Source: a virus
IMG/VR virus record: IMGVR_UViG_3300003323_001383
DNA length: 29,344 nucleotides
Direction: 5' to 3' (one strand)
The position numbers and the translations under genes were made by a program. A model generated the notes under the pieces. That model was given only the letters and a program-made list of their open reading frames with translations. It had not been told where the DNA came from and did not search any database. Below, in pieces: positions 1-4,705 of this stretch (position 1 is the stretch's first letter; each line of letters opens with the position of its first letter).

Positions 1-27
1 AAGTTCCGGCCGCCTCCGGAGGGGCGC

Positions 28-405
28 TCACGACTCCATGACCGCGAGGAGGAGCTCCAGCCTCCTCATTTTCTCGGACGAGAGGGCGTCCAGTATGGCC
101 TCCTCCTCGATGAACGGCTCGTGCTGGGAGTCCGAGCGGAGGCGGGAAGAGACGATCTGGGCCGCCTTCTCGTCCGAGACGCGCTCGCTGACGAGGTCGT
201 AGCCGTCGTTCCCGTTCGGGGTCGGCGTCCTCCTCCACCAGGAGCCGCCCTTCCAGTCGACGCAGCTCTCGGCCGACAGGAGGCGGACGCCGAGCCTCTC
301 GGCCTCCAGGGTGAGCCACTCCCCGTCGTCGGACGGGTCGACGTGGAGCTCTATCGGGTCCGTCGAGGAGATGCCGTCCACGACGTCTATGGAGAGGATT
401 CTCAC
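28..405 (-). CDS. hypothetical protein, 125 aa, C-terminus LLLAVMES
   Basis: Complete ORF; strong G/C third-position bias in this frame; GTG start at 405 directly abuts antisense of tRNA-Glu; no domain recognised. Confidence 0.7.
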   Translation of the reverse strand: MRILSIDVVDGISSTDPIELHVDPSDDGEWLTLEAERLGVRLLSAESCVDWKGGSWWRRTPTPNGNDGYDLVSERVSDEKAAQIVSSRLRSDSQHEPFIEEEAILDALSSEKMRRLELLLAVMES

Positions 406-477
406 GGCCCGTTCTTCTAGCGGCTAGGAAGACGCCCTTTCAAGGCGTTAACGCGGGTTCGATTCCCGCACGGGTCA
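406..477 (+). tRNA. tRNA-Glu(UUC)
   Basis: Acceptor GGCCCGT/ACGGGTC (one G:U), anticodon stem ACGCC/GGCGT with loop CTTTCAA, T-arm GCGGG-TTCGATT-CCCGC; no encoded CCA. Confidence 0.85.
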
Positions 478-485
478 CAGCTTAC

Positions 486-557
486 GCCGGCTTAGCAATC
501 CAGGGAATGCACGCGCTTCGTAAGCGCGAGAGGCGGGTTCGAGTCCCGCAGCCGGCT
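486..557 (+). tRNA. tRNA-Thr(CGU)
   Basis: Acceptor GCCGGCT/AGCCGGC, anticodon stem CGCGC/GCGCG loop TTCGTAA, T-arm GCGGG-TTCGAGT-CCCGC. Confidence 0.85.
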
Positions 558-573
558 CTCTGTAATTTCGGAC

Positions 574-984
574 GTGGTCAAGTCGCTAGTGGACGAGACG
601 GAGAGGTTCCTGGACGTCATGGGGTCCTCCGGGGTGTTCGTCCTCGCCAGGATCCCCTGCCCCGACGGCGACCCCGTCGAGGTCAGGCTCATCCGGCGAA
701 AGGACGGGTCGGGGTTCGCCATGACGGTCAAGAGGGGCGAGGCGGGCCTCCTCTCGGACTACTGGCCCGCGTACGAGCACGGCTCCTGGTTCGTCAGCGA
801 CCTGACGGACAAGGACGGGAGGGTGACGACGATCCGGGGGCTCAGCCCCGAGCGTGTCGCCCAGTACGTCCACGAGGACGCGAAGAAGGCGGGGGTGGAG
901 GTCGACCGCCTAGCCCTCGCCGAGGCCATCTCCGACGAGATGATGCTCCGAATGTCGGCCGTCGCCGACGTCCTCCTGAGCTAG
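574..984 (+). CDS. hypothetical protein, 136 aa
   Basis: ORF with GC3 bias from GTG start; ends ..AVADVLLS; no domain recognised. Confidence 0.65.
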   Translation: MVKSLVDETERFLDVMGSSGVFVLARIPCPDGDPVEVRLIRRKDGSGFAMTVKRGEAGLLSDYWPAYEHGSWFVSDLTDKDGRVTTIRGLSPERVAQYVHEDAKKAGVEVDRLALAEAISDEMMLRMSAVADVLLS

Positions 985-1682
985 CACTGGTTCCAGCTCA
1001 TCCCGTGGAGGAACCCGTGCCACCCGTCGACCGCGATGGAGCCGGCGCCGGCCGCGCAGGTGTGGCCACCCTTCCCGACGTGCAGGGTCCCGTCCTCCGG
1101 GCTCCCGGAGATGACCCAGCACCGGTGGGTCTTCTCCTCCCTCATGGTGCAGTTGGACGCCCGTCCGCAGACGTCCCAGTCCACGCCGTTCGGGGTCACG
1201 CCGCGGAGGTGCCTCCCGTCGCAGTTGTCCCAGGCCCAGCAGTGGCCCGGCTCGTGCGAGTCTGACCAGTAGACGTCGCCGGGCTCCGGGCGCCCCGAGG
1301 GCGTGTCGAAGAGCTTCGACGAGGAGACCTGGCGGTTCACTATCTCCCCGGACTGGCCGACCTCCGAGGGGGTCGAGGAGGGAGGGACGGGCGCCCCGCA
1401 ATGGTCGCACTTCGTCGGCCATGCCTCTTCGGGGAAGTCGCCCTCCTCCCCGAAGGACTCCGGGACGGCCTCGGGGAACAGGTAGTCTCGGATGACGGCA
1501 GTGGCGTTGTGGCCGCCGGAGTGGCCCCGCCCGTAGGCGTTCGGGCAGGTGTTCTGGTAGTCGTACCTCGGGTGCCCCTCCGGGCACTGGTCGCACGGAG
1601 CGACGGAGCTGACGATGGCCCGGTCCCAGTAGACGCGGAGCTCGGAGCGCACGCCGACCCTTCGGATTAGCCTGGCCTTCAT
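981..1682 (-). CDS. Cys/His/Trp-rich hypothetical protein, about 233 aa
   Basis: ORF 981-1799 trimmed to first ATG (1682) because the upstream part overlaps the tRNA 5' half at 1721; many Cys/His (HCWAWDNC, HTCAAGAGS, WHGFLHG) suggest metal binding; start uncertain, no clear SD. Confidence 0.55.
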   Translation of the reverse strand: MKARLIRRVGVRSELRVYWDRAIVSSVAPCDQCPEGHPRYDYQNTCPNAYGRGHSGGHNATAVIRDYLFPEAVPESFGEEGDFPEEAWPTKCDHCGAPVPPSSTPSEVGQSGEIVNRQVSSSKLFDTPSGRPEPGDVYWSDSHEPGHCWAWDNCDGRHLRGVTPNGVDWDVCGRASNCTMREEKTHRCWVISGSPEDGTLHVGKGGHTCAAGAGSIAVDGWHGFLHGMSWNQC

Positions 1683-1720
1683 GCGGAGGCCGCCCGATAG
1701 GAGGTGTACTCTCCTCGAAT

Positions 1721-1956
1721 GACCCCGTAGCCTAGAGGAAAGGCACGGCCAAAAACGGAAGCCGCACTCGAAAGAGGGGCCGCTGGAGGGGGCGAGCACA
1801 AGACCGCACGGCGTCGCCGGGGCGGCCCTCTACTCGCCCTGACCTGGACCGAGGTTGCGGATGCACCGAATGGCACGGAGCTCCCGGGTCGCTAGGGAAG
1901 CGCGTTTCCTACATGGTCCTTTGCGGTCGACGCGGGTTCGAGTCCCGCCGGGGTCG
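1721..1956 (+). ncRNA. split tRNA-like gene: canonical 5' (acceptor + D-arm) and 3' (T-arm + acceptor) parts separated by about 180 nt
   Basis: 5' GACCCCG-TA-GCCT-AGAGGAA-AGGC (1721-1744); 3' GCGGG-TTCGAGT-CCCGC-CGGGGTC-G (1932-1956). Acceptor strands pair 7/7. No normal anticodon arm follows the D-arm. Confidence 0.5.
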
Positions 1957-1959
1957 CAG

Positions 1960-1994
1960 TCCCTCCATCGCGCGCTGGCCGCGCGGTGGAGGGA
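1960..1994 (+). terminator. 15-bp perfect stem-loop right after the split tRNA (terminator-like or processing hairpin, no U-tract)
   Basis: TCCCTCCATCGCGCG-ctggc-CGCGCGGTGGAGGGA; 14 Watson-Crick pairs + one G:U; followed by the only strongly AT-rich spacer of the array. Confidence 0.4.
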
Positions 1995-2083
1995 GTAGTA
2001 CTCGAAATAGGTCACGATCTCGTTGATCCTCACATAATTTTTAGTATCGGAAGTGCCCGAGTGGTCGGTCACATTTTTGTCAC

Positions 2084-2157
2084 GGCCAGGTAGCTCAGTT
2101 GGAAGAGCGGTGCACTGAAAATGCACGCGTCGCGGGTTCGACTCCCGCCCTGCGCCA
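2084..2157 (+). tRNA. tRNA-Phe(GAA) with irregular acceptor stem
   Basis: D-arm TAGCTCAGTTGGAAGAGC, anticodon stem GTGCA/TGCAC loop CTGAAAA, T-arm GCGGG-TTCGACT-CCCGC. Acceptor GGCCAGG pairs with CCTG(C)GCC only if one C is bulged; A73. Confidence 0.7.
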
Positions 2158-2196
2158 CAGGGTGCCGGTGCCCTTCCGAAAGGAGAAGCCGGCTAT

Positions 2197-2279
2197 GCTC
2201 AGGTGGTGGAATGGCAGTCACGCCGGCTTGAGGTGCCGGTGACGGAAACGTCGTGCGGGTTCGACTCCCGCCCTGAGCA
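2197..2279 (+). tRNA. tRNA-Leu(GAG)
   Basis: Acceptor GCTCAGG/CCTGAGC, loop TTGAGGT, long variable arm, T-arm GCGGG-TTCGACT-CCCGC. Confidence 0.85.
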
Positions 2280-2284
2280 CTCTT

Positions 2285-2368
2285 GCCGAGGTGGTGGAAC
2301 TGGCAGTCACGCTGCGTTCAGACCGCAGTGCCCGAAAGGGCGTGGAGGTTCGACTCCTCTCCTCGGCA
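2285..2368 (+). tRNA. tRNA-Leu(CAG)
   Basis: Acceptor GCCGAGG/CCTCGGC, anticodon stem CTGCG/CGCAG loop TTCAGAC, long variable arm, T-loop TTCGACT. Confidence 0.85.
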
Positions 2369-2374
2369 CGAACT

Positions 2375-2448
2375 GGAGGTTGACTGGGACGGTTAGACCT
2401 GGCTGCCCTGATAAGGCAGTAGACCGAGTTCGATTCTCGGAGCCTCCA
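2375..2448 (+). tRNA. tRNA-Ile(GAU)
   Basis: Acceptor GGAGGTT/AGCCTCC, anticodon stem CTGCC/GGCAG loop CTGATAA, T-arm CCGAG-TTCGATT-CTCGG; followed by CCA, which overlaps the next tRNA. Confidence 0.8.
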
Positions 2449-2449
2449 C

Positions 2450-2521
2450 CAGGGATAAGGCTCAAGGTGGGCCGCCGGCTTGGGGTGTCGGTGCAGGCGG
2501 GTTCGATTCCCGCATCCCTGA
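2450..2521 (+). tRNA. tRNA-Pro(GGG)
   Basis: C1:G72 acceptor CAGGGAT/ATCCCTG, loop TTGGGGT, T-arm GCGGG-TTCGATT-CCCGC. Confidence 0.8.
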
Positions 2522-2525
2522 CGAC

Positions 2526-2594
2526 GGGGACGTGTGACGGGTCACGGCCTTCCCCCGCAAGGAGGGCTCGCGGGTTCGACTCCCGACGTCTCCA
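2526..2594 (+). tRNA. atypical tRNA-Ala(CGC)-like element (possible pseudogene)
   Basis: Acceptor GGGGACG/CGTCTCC with G3:U70; anticodon stem CTTCC/GGAGG loop CCCGCAA (C at position 33); reduced D-arm GTGA-cggg-TCAC; G:A mismatch at base of T-stem; only 69 nt. Confidence 0.4.
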
Positions 2595-2603
2595 CTCACT
2601 TCT

Positions 2604-2677
2604 CTGGGCGTGGCTCAACCTGGTAGAGCACCGGCTTCGGGTGCCGGGGATTGTGGGTTCGAATCCCGCCGCCCAGA
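2604..2677 (+). tRNA. tRNA-Pro(CGG)
   Basis: C1:G72 acceptor CTGGGCG/CGCCCAG, anticodon stem CCGGC/GCCGG loop TTCGGGT, T-arm GTGGG-TTCGAAT-CCCGC. Confidence 0.85.
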
Positions 2678-2684
2678 CTGTTTC

Positions 2685-2757
2685 GCGAGACGAGGTAGCA
2701 GGTGACACCACCGCCTTGACAAGGCGGCCACGCCGGGTTCGATACCCGGGTCTCGCA
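2685..2757 (+). tRNA. tRNA-Val(GAC)
   Basis: Acceptor GCGAGAC/GTCTCGC, anticodon stem CCGCC/GGCGG loop TTGACAA, T-arm CCGGG-TTCGATA-CCCGG. Confidence 0.85.
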
Positions 2758-2758
2758 C

Positions 2759-2821
2759 GAGGTCGCGCCCAGCGAAGGGCGGTCACACAAGCAAATGGAG
2801 GTTCGAGTCCTCCCGTCCCCA
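2759..2821 (+). pseudogene. tRNA-like remnant lacking a D-arm
   Basis: Good T-arm GGAGG-TTCGAGT-CCTCC and 3' acceptor CGTCCCC-A. The 5' strand GAGGTCG pairs only 5/7 and a single hairpin CGCCC-agcgaa-GGGCG replaces the D and anticodon arms. Confidence 0.3.
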
Positions 2822-2895
2822 CGAGCCCGCGAGGGCCACCCACGGGGATGTAGCCGAAATGGAATAGGCAACGATATTGAAAATCGTCAACATAT

Positions 2896-2913
2896 CCCGA
2901 TCCCCACATCGGG
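2896..2913 (-). terminator. stem-loop downstream of the sigma-factor gene
   Basis: CCCGAT-ccccac-ATCGGG, 15 nt past the stop at 2928; followed on the minus strand by an AT-rich tract (atatgttgacgattttc). Confidence 0.35.
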
Positions 2914-2927
2914 CGCGACCCAGCTCT

Positions 2928-3497
2928 TTAGAGGACGAAGTCCTCCGCCAGGGCCTCCCGCAGGCGCGAGATGGTCCGGGCGTGTATCTGCGAGATGCGG
3001 GGCTCGGACACGCCGAGCTCGGCCGCTATGGAGCGATAGTCCACGCCGTGGACGTGGTGGGAGACGAAGATGTGGCGCTCGCGCCACGGGAGGAGGTCGA
3101 CGAGTTCCCAGACCTTCGACAGGGCGAGGGCCGCCGCGGTCCTTGCCTCGACGTCGTCGCCCGACATTGCGTCCTCGAGCGACCTGTGCCCGGAGTCGAC
3201 GAGGACGTGGACCGCCCTGTCCGGGTCGCCCTTGGCCCTCATGCGGTGGTGCCTCGGCATCCAGTCCTTCGTCCGCAGGTCGTCCTTTATGGCGCCGCGG
3301 ATCCTTATCCTCGCGTAGGCCCCGAAGTTCTCGCAGTCGGGGTGGAGGCGCGCCGCGTCCCAGAGGCCGGACATCGCGGCCGCGTGGAGGTCGTCGTACA
3401 TGATGTGCGCCGGAAGGCGCCGCTTGAACCCGAGCGCGATGCTGCGGGCGAGGTGTGCGTGGTCCTTCATGAGGATCGAGACGCGATACTCGTTCAC
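2928..3497 (-). CDS. sigma-70 family RNA polymerase sigma factor (FliA/group 3-4-like), 189 aa
   Basis: Region 2 motif YARIRIRGAIKDDLR and region 4.2 helix-turn-helix IAAELGVSEPRISQIHARTISRLRE; GTG start. Confidence 0.85.
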   Translation of the reverse strand: MNEYRVSILMKDHAHLARSIALGFKRRLPAHIMYDDLHAAAMSGLWDAARLHPDCENFGAYARIRIRGAIKDDLRTKDWMPRHHRMRAKGDPDRAVHVLVDSGHRSLEDAMSGDDVEARTAAALALSKVWELVDLLPWRERHIFVSHHVHGVDYRSIAAELGVSEPRISQIHARTISRLREALAEDFVL

Positions 3498-3587
3498 CCC
3501 TTAAGGATAGCATTCGTCAACCCTTACGATAAGGTATTCTCCAAAAGCTTGTGGGCGGCCGTAGCACAGCCGTTGCCGCCCTGACAC

Positions 3588-3659
3588 CGGGACGTAGCCT
3601 AGAGGCAAGGCGCATGTTTTGGGTACATGCTCACGCAGGTTCGACTCCTGTCGTCCCGA
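3588..3659 (+). tRNA. tRNA-Pro(UGG)
   Basis: C1:G72 acceptor CGGGACG/CGTCCCG, anticodon stem CATGT/ACATG loop TTTGGGT, T-arm GCAGG-TTCGACT-CCTGT. Confidence 0.85.
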
Positions 3660-3661
3660 CT

Positions 3662-3734
3662 GTGGCCGTAGCCAAGCGGTTAAGGCGGTCGGTTGTGGTC
3701 CGACTATTCGCGGGTTCGAATCCCGCCGGTCACC
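3662..3734 (+). tRNA. tRNA-His(GUG)
   Basis: Acceptor GTGGCCG/CGGTCAC, anticodon stem GTCGG/CCGAC loop TTGTGGT, T-arm GCGGG-TTCGAAT-CCCGC, C73; no G-1 encoded (T precedes). Confidence 0.85.
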
Positions 3735-3753
3735 CAGAGTGTAGTCTAGGTCG

Positions 3754-4035
3754 GTGTCGTCAGCGAAGGTCCAGGTCGTGGTCGTCGACCACAGGAGAAA
3801 GAGGAGGGAGGGATCCGGGACCCTCGGCGTCCTCCTCGTCGAGTACCCCTACTCGGCGTACGTGCTCCAGAACCCCGCCATCAGCGGGCGCGGGAACACG
3901 GAGGAGGAGGCCGTGGAGGCCGTAAGGAAGGCCCTCCTGACCGTAGACAAGTTCGACCTCGGCAAGGAGTCCCGGAAGGTCGTCGAGCTCGACATCGCCG
4001 ACGAGATGACGGTCCGCGACGTGATGGAGGGATAG
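3754..4035 (+). CDS. small protein with HicB/UPF0150-like signature, 93 aa, C-terminus VRDVMEG
   Basis: Segment YSAYVLQNPAISGRGNTEEEAVEAVRKAL resembles the HicB-type antitoxin fold motif; GTG start; its GGAGGG near the stop is the SD for the next gene. Confidence 0.5.
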   Translation: MSSAKVQVVVVDHRRKRREGSGTLGVLLVEYPYSAYVLQNPAISGRGNTEEEAVEAVRKALLTVDKFDLGKESRKVVELDIADEMTVRDVMEG

Positions 4036-4036
4036 G

Positions 4037-4642
4037 ATGGACGACTCGGAGATCAAGGTTACGCCGGCCCAGAGGCTGGCCGCCCAGGTGCTGGACGCCT
4101 TCACCCGGAAGGACGTCCCGGGCCTGGAGGACATGGACCCGAAGGACCCGTTCGCCGTCATGACCAAGGCGAGCGAGTCTCTGTTCACGCTCACGATGGA
4201 CCTCCTGAGGCGCTCCGGCGGACCGGTCGGGGAGATGTGCTCCTACGCCTGGGACGTCTTCCACCACGGCCACGTGCAACTTGCGGTCGGGCCCGAGGTC
4301 CCGTCCCTCCACGTCGCCATCGTCGGGACGGCCAAGGAGGCCCGGTGCCTCGTGTTTGTCCCCCACGGTTGGCCCGACATGATCAAGGAGGCGCCCCTCA
4401 TGCAGGCGGGGGCCATCGTCTTCACGGCGTCCCAGGTCGTCGACTTCTACAACGGCATGTACCCTCCGAAGACCCCGTCCTCCAGGATCCAAGAGCGGGC
4501 GTCCGCCTTCGAGGCGGAGTTCCTGAGGGACGCCGACATCTCCTCCCTGAACGAGTACCAGAGGGGCGTCGTGGCGAGGAACAAGCCGGGAGGCCTGGCG
4601 AAGATGACCTACGTCCGCCGGCCGATGGCCGGGAAGAACTGA
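4037..4642 (+). CDS. hypothetical protein, 201 aa
   Basis: ATG 1 nt after upstream stop, preceded by GGAGGG; GC3-biased frame; no domain recognised. Confidence 0.7.
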   Translation: MDDSEIKVTPAQRLAAQVLDAFTRKDVPGLEDMDPKDPFAVMTKASESLFTLTMDLLRRSGGPVGEMCSYAWDVFHHGHVQLAVGPEVPSLHVAIVGTAKEARCLVFVPHGWPDMIKEAPLMQAGAIVFTASQVVDFYNGMYPPKTPSSRIQERASAFEAEFLRDADISSLNEYQRGVVARNKPGGLAKMTYVRRPMAGKN

Positions 4643-4705
4643 ACCGCCGAGCCCGTAGGGCGCCATCCCGGCGCCCGCAGGGCAAGGCCTGAAGGAGATA
4701 CTGAG

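Noticed and set aside
121-420. Plus-strand ORF 121-420 opposite the first gene
   Set aside because: The opposite frame (28-405, minus) has the consistent GC3 pattern and a normal amino-acid composition, whereas this one is Arg/Gly/Pro-rich.
1749-1931. Group I intron or tmRNA interpretation of the insertion in the split tRNA
   Set aside because: I cannot find the conserved group I core (for example an AGAGACTAGACGG-like P7/P3 segment or a guanosine-binding context), and about 180 nt is short for such introns. tmRNAs lack a fully paired D-arm and need a tag ORF ending in a hydrophobic tail, which I do not see. The question is left open rather than called.
2449-2451. Encoded CCA end on tRNA-Ile(GAU)
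   Set aside because: The CA belongs to the C1:G72 acceptor stem of the adjacent tRNA-Pro(GGG). Most tRNAs here lack an encoded CCA, so this is probably a coincidental overlap.
2844-2906. AT-rich 63-nt element folding as a T-arm-less tRNA with anticodon UGA
   Set aside because: It has no T-arm and a 6/7 acceptor. The same sequence is better explained as two terminator-type hairpins downstream of the sigma-factor gene. It is mentioned only within the degenerate-tRNA finding.
2203-2909. ORFs running through the tRNA arrays (2203-2853 +, 2307-2909 -, 2596-2871 -, 11816-12037 -, 11892-12590 -, 15505-15918 -, 17123-17524 -, 23019-23861 -)
   Set aside because: Their peptides are translations of tRNA arms: recurrent GFDSR/GSNP on the sense strand and GIEPA/GVEPA/ESNP/VMESNHP on the antisense of T-arms. 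The tRNA cloverleaves explain the sequence.
3498-3552. Promoter for the sigma-factor gene around the minus-strand TTGACG (about 3507-3512)
   Set aside because: No acceptable -10 hexamer lies at 16-19 nt spacing before the GTG start, so I cannot support a call from sequence alone.
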